Positions 1-10,784 of a stretch of DNA of 64,000 nucleotides are shown here, piece by piece; position 1 is the stretch's first letter; every line of letters starts with the position of its first letter. Location: assembly GCA_024704765.1 (NCBI GenBank), contig JAKMXF010000144.1, forward strand, positions 434,001 through 498,000. Direction: 5' to 3'. The stretch comes from Oopsacas minuta (taxonomy: Eukaryota > Animalia > Porifera). Below the pieces are notes generated by a model that was not told the origin of the DNA, did not search any database, and saw only the letters and a program-made list of their open reading frames with translations. Made by a program: the position numbers and the translations under genes.

Positions 1-2179
1 TCAGTTAGTTTAGGAAGAATACCAGCCTCAGGAGTCTTACGAATCATCTTGGGAGTGGTTTTGGGGCTGTTAATAGCCCTGACAATTGACTGATTAGAAC
101 TAGGAGATAATTTCACTGTATCAGGGGTAGTTATTTGTGAAGAGGAAAGGTCCAGTGATTTAGATTTACGTGGTAGACTAATTCTAGTAGGAGCAGGATA
201 GTTTTGGAGTGGAGACATAGTATGTCTCTTCTTTGCTGATTGTTGAAATTCTAATTCACCAGATTTGTTGCTAGGGGAGACTGATGTACCTTTTGGACTT
301 AACAACTGGTCAGGAGATTTGGAACCCAGTCTAGGAGAAGTTATTAGCAGAGAAGCCTTGGCTTGTTGGGCTAAGTTAGAAACATTATTTCTCTTGAATA
401 AAGTACGAGTTTCTCGAGCTGACAACTTACTAGGGAGCTTGGAATGTATAGAAGTTGGTGTGGATATACGTGAAGAGAGCTTCAAGTTATGAGATTCTTT
501 CATTTCAGATAGGACAGCACTCCTTAGTCCTCTCCTTAACATAGTCTCACTAGTCATTGACTTGACTGGTAGGGACTTTGTCTCTTTCAATGGAGTTATA
601 GTTTTTCCTACTTTTGGTGATTTTGGAGTGGAAAATTGGTTTTTGGATAGAGATTGTCTGGGAGAGAGTTTGGGTGAGTTCTGGAGTCTGTTTGGAGTGG
701 TGAATTTGGCTTTAGGAGATAATTTAGAGAATTGTGTTGCTACTGAGAGGGGGAGCTTATAGGGGGTAGATCTCCTGAGAACTGCTTTAGTAGCAGATCG
801 AGTTATAGGAGTACCACCTCGTTTAACTGGAGTACTAGGGGGCAGGTTACGACAGAATTCCTCTGGAGAGAGGGAGGGTCCAAACCTAACACTCTTACGA
901 CTAGATAGAGTGAGAGGAGACCTTGATCGGCGAGCAGATAGACCTGTAGAGTTCGGATGTTTGTAAGTAGACGGGTACTTCTTGGGTGTGCTAATAGGAG
1001 GAGAGGTCTTAAGAGACTCTCTGGGAGATTTCCTGAGATAGGATTTAGAAGGAGACTTCTGAGGTGTCTGCTGGGTACGTGTAGATCTCCTCAGACCAGA
1101 ATTATTTGGAGAATCCTAGATATACATAGAATTATTATACATAGACCGTGAACGAAATTCACACTATGACGTCATTGTTAACTCACCATTTTGTGGTCAG
1201 AAAATCTGGGAGATATCCTAACGAAAGTAATAGGAGCACTTTTACGCTTCAACTTGACAGGAGATGATATTGTCTCCTTAGGGAAGTCTGACAAACGTCT
1301 CTTCTCTGTGGATGGCTCTACCGATACATTCATTGTAGTACTCATGTCACGAGCAATCAAGCTAGGCTGTGAAGTATTTACTTCCATACTAGCATAGCTG
1401 TTATCAGTAGCATCGTGTGTGGCGCTTCTGCTATCTGATGCTGATAATGGAGTAGTGGATCTCTTGGTATTAGCTGGAGTAGAAGATTGTGTGGGAGACG
1501 AGTACGTGACATATTTTCTAGGTGATGGAGGGATGTTACTACCCCCTGGAGATGAGTGCGGACTGATTTGTTTTCTGGGAGAACTACGAATTGAAAGTCT
1601 GTCAACTTTAGGAGATTTGGCGGGACTTAGTGGATAAATTGTCTCTAGGTCAGCTGACTTTTCAAGATCCTCTAAAACTTCATCAATTTGAGACAGATTG
1701 GATGACGTAATAGCATCAGATAGTTTAGCCTTAGGATAACCAGGCTTGTATTCTACTCTGAAGTTCTTCCCTGCTACATGTATGACATCTAAATTCTCTA
1801 AGGGGTGTAGTGTTTTGATAGTTAGAGTAGTATTGTTCAGAAGACAGGGATTGCCAGAACTGAAGTTTATAACAAATATGTTCCCCAAAGAATCAACTAT
1901 AAGCGAGCAATGTTTTGGTTCAGCAAAGAACATTCTCAAGTCTGAGTCTACGTCACTACCCATAGCTATCTGGTCGTAAGGAGTGATCTGGTTGCCTAGC
2001 ATGTCTATATCTGACAAATCAGGGGGAGGGTCCTTCTGTGCATGAAATATTGGATAGTAGTGAGTGTCTGGTTTGTTCACAAGCACCAGTATTGCTGCTG
2101 CATCAGAATCCGGCAGCTGACATGGTGACGCAGATCGCGATAAAGTGGTGGAGAAGAGAGGAGGGGTTGCAGGTTGCAT
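1..2179 (-). CDS. MKI67: Ki-67/RepoMan-like protein (FHA domain + PP1-binding motif + long basic S/T/P-rich disordered region); 2 exons visible, 3' partial
   Basis: Exon 1 is 2179-1187 with an FHA-like segment (KHCSLIVDSLGNIFVINFSSGNPCLLN...VIHVAGKNFRVEY). A 71-nt GTGAGT..TAG phase-0 intron spans 1186-1116. Exon 2 is open from 1115 to the window edge and contains RKSVRFGPSLSPEEFCRNLPPSTPVKRGGTP (899-808), matching the Ki-67/CDCA2 PP1-binding domain; many SP/TP sites. Confidence 0.8.
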
Positions 2180-2401
2180 TGTGAATAAATAACAAGTGAT
2201 ATGTCTAATAGAATATGAATTAACAGTCACTACTACTAAGGACTCATGAAAATTACGACGTAATCTGGTATGTGCTTGAATATATTGGATAAAACATAAA
2301 AACAGCTGATATTACACATAAATAAGTGAGAATATTGACAGATATAATAACTTATGAGTACTGTTTGAAGTGGAAGTGTGAAGAAAAGTGAGATAGAGTG
2401 T

Positions 2402-3360
2402 TTACACGAAGGATCCTAATCTCTAAAAAGAAGTATCGTATTCCCCTGAATAAGCTCATGGGCACTTATTCTTTTCTTGGGCATTTTTTCGTCCAAATAT
2501 TCTGTCAATTTTGGAAAATACAAAATATTTGGGAAGCTAATTATTCTAATTAGTAAAATGGTCAAATGTGACGTAAATTCAAAGAAATATTCTGGATAGT
2601 GATAAAATTTAATTCACAGGTTTTGGAGCTTTTTTGAGCTCTGGCGCTTATTCAGGGAAATACGATATAAGAATTCAAATGTAAATGTTTCAAATTATGA
2701 AATAACTCACTTTTCCTCTTGGGGGATAATTTGAATCAATTCTAGAATCATAATTATGCTCGTAGGATATCTTCTCTCGCTTTTGGTTGCCACCATCTGA
2801 ACTGACACCAGGCACTATAGGGGGAAGCTAATATTATTGTGTAAAAACGAATGGCAAACTTAATATATTTCATAAGCTGATGAGCAAGTATTTATTTAAG
2901 ATTTATACATACCGATCCCTTGTGCTGGTTGCTGGGCTACACACATAGGTCTCTCAGGTCTAACCTCGCTAAAATTCGGATAATCTTGTCTCTGTGTGGA
3001 ATCCTTTGTGTATCTAGTTACAAGCTGTAATTATGGAATTTATAAAAAACTTCATTTTTGTTTACATGCGTACTTTGGTGGTGGTATTTTATCAGAGGTG
3101 TCGGGGGAGATAAGTGAAACATTTTGAGCTTTAAACTGTTGCCTGTAGTCTACTTTTTTCTGGTCCCCAACAAGAGAACAGATTGGTTGGTTAAGAAATC
3201 GAACATTTTGACAAAGAAACCCAAACTTTGATGGTTTTGAGTCTAGACTGATTTCTTTGGAATCAGATTTTATACTGCTACAGATTTTATCTCCTCTAGT
3301 GCTACTGTGTGTGGAATTATGCGAGGAGGAAAGTGATCTGGTAATAGAGTTGTCATCCAT
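2402..3360 (-). CDS. CIMIP6: C2orf73/CIMIP6-like ciliary microtubule inner protein (4 exons)
   Basis: Phase-compatible GT-AG exons 3360-3074, 3013-2913, 2814-2711 and 2422-2402 give ...NVRFLNQPIC...PPKYTKDSTQRQDY...QGIVPG...EKISYEHNYDSRIDSNYPPRGKRLGSFV*. This is colinear with remembered C2orf73 motifs (STQRSDF, GIVP, ISFIHQYDAR, GKRHGAFV). Confidence 0.7.
2436..2665. mobile_element. MITE, Tc1/mariner-pogo type, in intron 3 of the C2orf73-like gene
   Basis: Inverted termini TCGTATTCCCCTGAATAAGC / GCTTATTCAGGGAAATACGA flanked by TA on both sides; no coding capacity. Confidence 0.65.
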
Positions 3361-3494
3361 TAGTCAGTGACGAAATACTATAATTTACAAATACAAATAG
3401 CAAGTAAGCGATTTGTAAGCATTAGTTTATGAAATAAATCTGTGCCTGTAAAATAAAGAAGAATAGAAAAATAAAAAGTAGAACAAAAGAATTA

Positions 3495-6400
3495 TTACAT
3501 AACACTGCATATCCCGCTCTTGGCGGGATCTCCTATATCAGATATAGGAGGAGCAGTTCCAGGGGGCTTGTCTTTAGATAGTCTTACTCTTGCCGAAGTT
3601 ATTTTACCGTTTTGTCTAAGTAATCTCTCTAAAGATTCATTAGCTGTCTGTAGTTCGGATTTGAGGTAGGATATCTCATTGCTTTGCTCTAAATTATTCG
3701 ATTTTTCTCTCTGTATTTCAGACTGTAGATTAATTATTTCATGTTGATGCATTATTTTCATTTGGTTAAGATATTGCTGGCTTTCTGCCTGGAACTTTTG
3801 GACATTGTTCTCGCCTTCAGTCTTCATCTCATCCACTTTATTAATCGAATCAAAGAGATCGTGCTCCAGCTGTTGGATATGTTTTTCAAGTTCGTATACA
3901 CTCTCTACTTTTTGACGTTCTAAAATTTTCAATTTATCTTCCAATTGAATATATTTCTGTTGATAACTCAAATTTTCTTCTTTCAACTTTTTCGCCTCAG
4001 TCAAAGATCTCCTGCGGTTTTTCACAGGACGAGACACGAAATCTTTTCTAGTAGCAGATTCAGAATCTTCAGATAATGCAGAGGTTACAGTTATAGGCGG
4101 CATTACGTTACTAGAACAATTATCTGGAGATAAAATTGTTTTCTTCTCTTCTAGAAGGGCTAAATTGTGTATAGTATGTTTATCAGTTGAGCTCTTAACA
4201 ATCCCGATCAGCTGTTCTCTACTCTGTGCTACTTGTTTACGACTTTGTATAAATCCATCTGTAGACTCATTGAAATTATCATAAGGAGTTAATCTCATAG
4301 CAGGGTCATCCTCTTGAGGCTGGTAGCTCTTCTTTCTACTCATTGCATTTATCATACGAATAGATTGAAAGTTTATATTCCCATTTTCCGAGTCGCCAAG
4401 AGTTGGTGCGGATCCTTTGGTATCCTCACCGTGTGGAGCCTGTGGCATATCGTTAAGGGAACACTTAATAGGAGACCGCTGAATAATATTAGGGTGCCAT
4501 GGCTGACTGGGAACAGACATTTCTTTTCTGATCCATTGAGCCATAGTGCTGTCAGCTGAGAGGAGCAAGTCATTTCTGACAATTGTTCTCTCCTGAATGG
4601 GAGGTGGGTCAAGTGATGGGGTTACCCTCTTCAGTTCAACAGTACGAGTACCTGTACTTGGTCTGTTCTGATTTCTAATTATACGTTTAATGTTTTGGTT
4701 ATGAAGTTCCTCTTGAGGAATCAGCTGTTTTCCACCTGACGATAATGTAGCAGCTGATTCTACCAAAATAACCACGTTACTCCCGAAACAAGCAATCTGT
4801 TTAATATCGATCTCAGAAGAACTCAACTCTTGTCCTTCTGAGAAGAAAGGAATATTTGTAAGAGAATTTACAATTCTTGTATCCATAGACATCACAGAAT
4901 TCTGAGCAGGCTTTTTGCGACTTTTCTCAGGTTCAGTCTCTGCATACAGCTGTTTAAGACAATTCTTCAATAAATCTAAATATACTAGCTTAGTGTTAGG
5001 ACCTTGTGATAGGTCTAAAATACTCAAATAAGATTCTCCAGATTGAGATAGTTTCCTAACTCCTTTGATTAAGTCACGAGACTGTATTGCAAGGGCCACA
5101 GGGGCATCTGGGCTTGGAGCTAGATGTGGGGGTGTAGATTCGTTCCTCCTCTCCCCTCCCATCTCCAAATATTTCTCAAGAGGCAGTTTAAACAGCTGAC
5201 GAGACCCTACTACTTGTAATGTATGCTCTTCACAAGCTATTACAGTCATTAGCTCACAACAGGACACAATACTACCACAACTAACTGCTATACACGATAC
5301 ATCCTTGTTCTCATTCTCAGTTCCTTTAGATTTAACTATACCACGTTGTCCCTCCTTCTTCCTCCCGAATGCCAACACCTTCCCGTTGTCAACCAGCACA
5401 ACGGAATGTGTCGCACCTAGTGACACATCCAACACCATGTGCTTAGTCATAACTTTAACAGGTGTTGGTATCAAACTCCTCTCAACTTGCATTTTTTGAT
5501 CCTTCGTGAATAGTCTCATTGTCATTAACATAGTCGGTTTCTTATTGAGTCCTAGTTTATTGTTTCTATTACTCCCACAGGCGTATAGAGTATGAGAATT
5601 CGTCAGGAACATTGTACCGTCTAGACCACATACAACCTGTTTAATTGTCTCTTTCACATTATCTACTGATACTACTACCACTTCTTTAGGTACAAATTGA
5701 TTAGTTTCAGTTCCAGTTCCCAAGCGACCATCCTTCCCCACCCCCCAGCCATACACCTCTCCCTCTGACGTCACTCCCATAGCATGTAGTTCTCCACAAG
5801 ACAGCTGTACGATTTGACAGGTGATTAACCCCTCAATAATACTAGGAACACAAATATCAGTCTCAGTCTTCTTCCCGAGACAGTATTGATCACATGCACC
5901 ACAAGATAGAGGTATCCCCGTGTCATTAAGAAATAATGTAAAATCTTTCCCGCATTGTATGTTTATGATACTAGCCTCCTTATGTAATATCAAACGCTCT
6001 GGTTGCATGAATGACCCAGGATGTCCGTGACCCAGTTGTCCACGTGTACCAGAACCCCACATAAATACCTGCTTATCAGATGTTATCAGTCCTATGTGAC
6101 TGAATCCAACAGACACCTGATCTACCTTAATTCCATCAGGTAGTGTTATTGGATCTGTAGACAGCTTAGAAGCACTGAACTTGTATAAATAAGTATTGAC
6201 GTTACCCTTATTAGCTTCTATCTGCATTTTTTCCTGCAGAGAGTCCAGTAGCTGGGGGAGATGTTCTTGTGCTATCTGGGTGCTGGAGGGTCGTGACTCT
6301 GGATCGTATCTTAACATTTCTAAGACCAACTGTTTGAGGCCATCGCTATAATCTCCTTTTATTGGTACAAAAGTACAATCAACAATCTTCATAATAAGAG

Positions 6401-7628
6401 CTGGTAGATTAGTTCCATCAAATGGTTTCTTTAGTTCTGCCATTTCATGGAGGATACATCCTAACGCCCATATATCACTCTTAGCATTATAAGGTTTCCC
6501 TTCACATATTTCTGGGGAAATGTAGTGAGGACTGCCGAGGGCTGTTTGAGCATGTTGTTCTGATGAATCTAACACTTTTGAAATTCCAAAGTCGCCGAGT
6601 TTAACTGTCTCTTCTAAAGTTAGGAACACATTAGCAGTTTTGAGATCACGGTGTAGAATTTTCCTAGAATGTATATATCTGACAGCTAGTGACATCTGAT
6701 GAAACATGTACAGTATCTGGTACTCAGGGATTGGTGTTTCTCTCTTTTGTATGTATTGAGCAAGAGTACCACCATCTGCATACTCCATCTCTATCATGAG
6801 ACTACCATCATCTAAATAGAAACTATCATAGTATGTGATTATATTGGGATGTTCTAGCATACTTAAAATGCTAACTTCAGAGCGAACAAGATCTTTCTCT
6901 TTCTCTAGTAAACCAATCATTGAGATCTCTTTTAGAACAACAAACATGTTATCTTCCTTCCTCCGATAGAGCACCGCAGCACCGAATGTCCCTCGGCCAA
7001 CAGTGCGTATTTTTTCAAACATCTCCAAACTGGGTACAGCTAGTCCCTGCCAATCCTTCAACTTATCGCTATCGAAGTAAAAGAAACTTATCGGCATAAC
7101 ATAGTCGTCTCCGTTTATACATAAGTTCAGTTCTTGTCCGTAGAAACTGCTTGAGGAGTAGACTTCAACTTTTAGAACTTTTTCCAGCAATTCCAATAAC
7201 TGAATACCTTCTAAACATTCAGCTACGGGGGACCCGAGGATATCTAGTCGCTTCTTTTCATTTTTAGAGTCCATATGGTCACTGACGAGATGCAAGAAGA
7301 AAGATTTGATTTCTCCTGATTTTACGGATTCCAGGGTCAGCTCCTTTTGTGTACAAAGATTGATTACACCCTTTCTACCCTGGCAGATAAGTGCGATATT
7401 CGCTGCTCTCTTGCCATTAAGAGCCTGGGTAACCATTCCTAAGATCATGTCGAGACTGGATTCATATTTATAAAGTACAGGTACTACTACATTAGGGTGT
7501 GTCATCTCGGTAAGATTCTGACAACACCTGACTCTGTTAGAAATCAGGACAAGGAGAGGAGATGATTCATTACCTAGGACTTTGTTTAGTTGGTCTTCAT
7601 GTGATATTGAAAATATAGGATGGTCCAT
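3495..7628 (-). CDS. NIMA-related Ser/Thr kinase, NEK8/NEK9-like (N-terminal extra domain, kinase, RCC1 repeats, coiled coil, C-terminal CaaX); single exon
   Basis: 1377-aa ORF with GRGTFG, VVLKEI, HRDLKTANVFL, DFGISK and GSPHYISPE; RCC1 repeats (WGSGTRGQLGHG, WGVGKDGRLGTG); ends KSGICSVM*. Confidence 0.9.
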   Translation of the reverse strand: MDHPIFSISHEDQLNKVLGNESSPLLVLISNRVRCCQNLTEMTHPNVVVPVLYKYESSLDMILGMVTQALNGKRAANIALICQGRKGVINLCTQKELTLESVKSGEIKSFFLHLVSDHMDSKNEKKRLDILGSPVAECLEGIQLLELLEKVLKVEVYSSSSFYGQELNLCINGDDYVMPISFFYFDSDKLKDWQGLAVPSLEMFEKIRTVGRGTFGAAVLYRRKEDNMFVVLKEISMIGLLEKEKDLVRSEVSILSMLEHPNIITYYDSFYLDDGSLMIEMEYADGGTLAQYIQKRETPIPEYQILYMFHQMSLAVRYIHSRKILHRDLKTANVFLTLEETVKLGDFGISKVLDSSEQHAQTALGSPHYISPEICEGKPYNAKSDIWALGCILHEMAELKKPFDGTNLPALIMKIVDCTFVPIKGDYSDGLKQLVLEMLRYDPESRPSSTQIAQEHLPQLLDSLQEKMQIEANKGNVNTYLYKFSASKLSTDPITLPDGIKVDQVSVGFSHIGLITSDKQVFMWGSGTRGQLGHGHPGSFMQPERLILHKEASIINIQCGKDFTLFLNDTGIPLSCGACDQYCLGKKTETDICVPSIIEGLITCQIVQLSCGELHAMGVTSEGEVYGWGVGKDGRLGTGTETNQFVPKEVVVVSVDNVKETIKQVVCGLDGTMFLTNSHTLYACGSNRNNKLGLNKKPTMLMTMRLFTKDQKMQVERSLIPTPVKVMTKHMVLDVSLGATHSVVLVDNGKVLAFGRKKEGQRGIVKSKGTENENKDVSCIAVSCGSIVSCCELMTVIACEEHTLQVVGSRQLFKLPLEKYLEMGGERRNESTPPHLAPSPDAPVALAIQSRDLIKGVRKLSQSGESYLSILDLSQGPNTKLVYLDLLKNCLKQLYAETEPEKSRKKPAQNSVMSMDTRIVNSLTNIPFFSEGQELSSSEIDIKQIACFGSNVVILVESAATLSSGGKQLIPQEELHNQNIKRIIRNQNRPSTGTRTVELKRVTPSLDPPPIQERTIVRNDLLLSADSTMAQWIRKEMSVPSQPWHPNIIQRSPIKCSLNDMPQAPHGEDTKGSAPTLGDSENGNINFQSIRMINAMSRKKSYQPQEDDPAMRLTPYDNFNESTDGFIQSRKQVAQSREQLIGIVKSSTDKHTIHNLALLEEKKTILSPDNCSSNVMPPITVTSALSEDSESATRKDFVSRPVKNRRRSLTEAKKLKEENLSYQQKYIQLEDKLKILERQKVESVYELEKHIQQLEHDLFDSINKVDEMKTEGENNVQKFQAESQQYLNQMKIMHQHEIINLQSEIQREKSNNLEQSNEISYLKSELQTANESLERLLRQNGKITSARVRLSKDKPPGTAPPISDIGDPAKSGICSVM

Positions 7629-7705
7629 CTTAAATTCCTAATTAGTCGAATAAATTTTACATAATATAAGTTAAATAAAAATTATCGAAAATTATCGACG
7701 AAGTA

Positions 7706-7986
7706 TTGAAAGTCGAGTGCGGATGCGGATTAAACAGAGTACTGATGCTCATTGGATTGAGTGAGCATACCTATGTGAGGAAAGTAAAATTACTAAGCAC
7801 ATGGGAAACAATTGAGCAGGGGTTAAACAGAGCAAATAGGTCAAAATTATCAATAGTTATCGAGAAAGTTGTATTTTGCTCTGCTTACCTCAGCTCAATT
7901 GTATTGCGTGTGCTCAATAATTTTTCATTCCTATATAGGTAGGAATGCTCACTCAACCTAATGAGCATCCGCACTCGACTTTTTAA
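7706..7986. mobile_element. MITE with ~45-bp imperfect TIRs in the NEK/MRPL49 divergent intergenic region
   Basis: Left TTGAAAGTCGAGTGCGGATG..CTCATTGGATTGAGTGAGCATAC mirrors right GAATGCTCACTCAACCTAATGAGCATCCGCACTCGACTTTTTAA; TA on both flanks. Confidence 0.7.
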
Positions 7987-8037
7987 TATCTCGAAAATTA
8001 TCGATAATTATGATTATTTATTTTTTCAGTTAGCCAT

Positions 8038-8496
8038 ATGTTATCTCATTCTTTGCGTAAGAACTTCATACTGACTGGTATTCTTAGGGTTTTTCTAACT
8101 AGACTGAACACTTCAGAGCCTGGGCATGTACCTTCCCAGCTTGATTATACTATAAACACAATCGATAATGACAGCCTTCCTCCCTTTACGCCCAAAACTC
8201 CATCCGGGTGGCAGCCTCCTAACCCATGTGGCCCAATTGTTAAGAACCTTCCTTTCCATATTTTTCGTTCCAGAACGAATAATCTACCAGTTTATTCGCG
8301 ATTTCGCGCGAAGGGCCCTAAAGTAAATACAGTTATTCGTAGAATAGCAGGAGATAAATCAGCGCTCGTTGCAGTCCTCGTCAGAGTATTAGGCAGTGAT
8401 CGAATAACAGAAGTAGACATCAGGGAAGGGAAGATTAATCTCAGAGGTAACAGAGTGGAGGAGATAATGAAAGTATTATATAGGATGGGATTTTGA
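8038..8496 (+). CDS. MRPL49: Mitochondrial ribosomal protein L49 (Img2 domain)
   Basis: LPFHIFRSRTNNLPVY...TVIRRIAGD...INLRGNRVEEIMKVLYRMGF* is the typical Img2/L49 signature. Confidence 0.9.
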   Translation: MLSHSLRKNFILTGILRVFLTRLNTSEPGHVPSQLDYTINTIDNDSLPPFTPKTPSGWQPPNPCGPIVKNLPFHIFRSRTNNLPVYSRFRAKGPKVNTVIRRIAGDKSALVAVLVRVLGSDRITEVDIREGKINLRGNRVEEIMKVLYRMGF

Positions 8497-8561
8497 GTTC
8501 TCTTACACGATTAATAATTACATTTTCCTTATTATAATGAATAATTCCAAATTTATATTTA

Positions 8562-8703
8562 CAGATAACTCCCATTATATCTAAGCTCAAGGGACCGTGA
8601 CAAGTACTTCCATATAAGGAGGAGTTCGTTATAACCGATGAAAATTATCTTACTTACAATTTCATAACGATATATCCGTGTTCAATGTGACAGGAGTTGA
8701 CAG
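8562..8703. mobile_element. Tigger/pogo-like MITE (CAGTCAACTCC TIR family)
   Basis: TA-CAGATAACTCCC...GGAGTTGACAG-TA; internal AGCTCAAGGGACC shared with copies near 39050 and 40610. Confidence 0.65.
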
Positions 8704-8735
8704 TATTTCTTAATATTAGCTAGATAGCGTATATA

Positions 8736-9920
8736 ATGGCGATGAAGGATTTGCTTGCTCACATAGAGAGACGTATCCCTCCAGATAAGCCAGAGAAGAA
8801 GATTGTCCATCCTAGTAAAGATGAAATATTCAAACTACCCTGTTACCCCCTGAGAGATAACATATTATCACCCAACATCCCTGAAGACAGTAAGGCTCAA
8901 TTCTCTGTTATGTCTTATAATATTTTAGCTGATTGTTATGCATATAACGCTGGTTATTGGTACTGCGACTCACTAGATACAGTAGTGAGACACGAGAGTT
9001 TAATGAAAGAGCTCTCTATACTAGGTTACGCTACTGTTCTATGTTTCCAAGAAGTTACACATAAATATTTCAGCTACCTCCTACAACCGGCTCTTACGAG
9101 TCTAGGCTATGAAGGTATCTACCAGCAGAAAGACAAGAGACATAAGAGTTCTCCTAAATCTGAAGATGGCCTAGCTATATTCTATAACAAACATAAATGT
9201 ACATTAATTTCTACACAACCTATTATACTAAATCAGTTAATGATAGAAGCATGGAAGGGAGTAGTTGGTAATGTCCGCATGGAAGATTCGTGTTACAGAG
9301 ATACTGTAGGACTGTTGACAGCGTTTTCTATTGATGGTCAGGTTGTGAGTATTGGGAATGTACATCTACATTTTGATTGGATGCGACCAGATATACAATC
9401 TCTACAAGGTTGCATGTGTTTAGGCAAATTAGTCGAATTCGCGAATTTTCACGATTCATCTGGTTATGTGTATTGTGGTGATTTCAATTCCCAGACCTTT
9501 ACAGAACTCTATACTCTGTTAACATGTGGTTATATATCAGCTGATAGTAAGCAAGCATTTCTACACCCAAGTCTATCTGTTTCTGTAAAGAAGACAGAGT
9601 TTACGAAATCTAAACCACATATGATTCCATATTTCCAAATATTTGAGAAATGTTACACAATCCCTCAAACTGTTAAGAGTGCATATTTAACAATCCAAGG
9701 GTCTGAACCTCTATACACTAATTATACAGGGGATTTCCATGGCTGTTTAGATTATATATTTTACAGTGAGGGTCTTATACCTATGAGTATACTAGCTCTA
9801 CCTGATGAGAAAGATATGAGATCTGAAGTTGCGCTGCCGAATAGTGTGATGTCATCTGATCACCTGTCACTCAAGGCTGAATTTAACATTGTGACAACAA
9901 ATAAAGACAACAAAATTTAG
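8736..9920 (+). CDS. EEP-family (CCR4/PDE12/nocturnin-like) RNA phosphodiesterase/deadenylase; single exon
   Basis: VMSYNILAD, LCFQEV, CGDFNS, YTNYTGDFHGCLDYIFY and SDHLSLKAEF catalytic motifs; no LRR. Confidence 0.88.
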   Translation: MAMKDLLAHIERRIPPDKPEKKIVHPSKDEIFKLPCYPLRDNILSPNIPEDSKAQFSVMSYNILADCYAYNAGYWYCDSLDTVVRHESLMKELSILGYATVLCFQEVTHKYFSYLLQPALTSLGYEGIYQQKDKRHKSSPKSEDGLAIFYNKHKCTLISTQPIILNQLMIEAWKGVVGNVRMEDSCYRDTVGLLTAFSIDGQVVSIGNVHLHFDWMRPDIQSLQGCMCLGKLVEFANFHDSSGYVYCGDFNSQTFTELYTLLTCGYISADSKQAFLHPSLSVSVKKTEFTKSKPHMIPYFQIFEKCYTIPQTVKSAYLTIQGSEPLYTNYTGDFHGCLDYIFYSEGLIPMSILALPDEKDMRSEVALPNSVMSSDHLSLKAEFNIVTTNKDNKI

Positions 9921-10784
9921 TAAACAAATAAATATGTGTTGTCCTATGTATTCTCTGTTATACGGGATTCTAGATATATTATTTTTCGAAACACAACAAA
10001 TGTTACGAATATTATTTATGCCTGAAACCATGTGTGAAACTTGTGAATATAAAATGTGATAATTTTCATTGTTCTATCTCCTACTATATGTTATCCTAAT
10101 CGAGCCATATTTAAAGGTGAAGATTGATTATTATTATTATTATTATTATAAGACCAAACTGTTGCACTCAAAACAACAGATCGAATTTGCATACACAAAT
10201 GTATAATTGTATTTTTGAAAGTTGATGTGTGGAAATAATATTAACTTACAATTGTTTTCAGTCTTAATATCATTTAGGTATTTCCCAATAATTATATGTT
10301 TACAAAAGTTATTGTTTCCTGACTTACTTTGCAATCACGAAGAGCCTTGTTGAGTTAAAATTTTAGCCATAAACATCCAAATGAACTATACATAAATCAA
10401 AAACATAATTATTCAATTTTGTGAGTCTGTATGTTCGTACAAAATTCACTTACAAATCAATACAATAATCCCCAAATCCCTAATTATATACGGCAAAAAA
10501 GCAACTCAATGATTTTTAAGATACAGTTGATAGTATATTTTGTAGTAAAACACATTTATTGCAGGAATTTGTAGATGAAAATACTGCCATGATTCAACCA
10601 CATACACCTGTATATTTATGTCTCAAAAGGTTGTCCTAGTAGCCTTGATTTCTCTCTAATGATTATTCAAATATATCAAGAATCAACTGATTTAATAGCA
10701 CACTTTATACGCTTATTAAACTCACTGTATGCAATTATAAGTATAAATAGCCCAAGATTGATCGGAGAGTTATACAACTAAAAA

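Noticed and set aside
265-1151. Short + strand ORFs over the Ki-67-like exon, and similar antisense shadows elsewhere
   Set aside because: They are antisense to a long open minus-strand coding frame and carry no independent signal.
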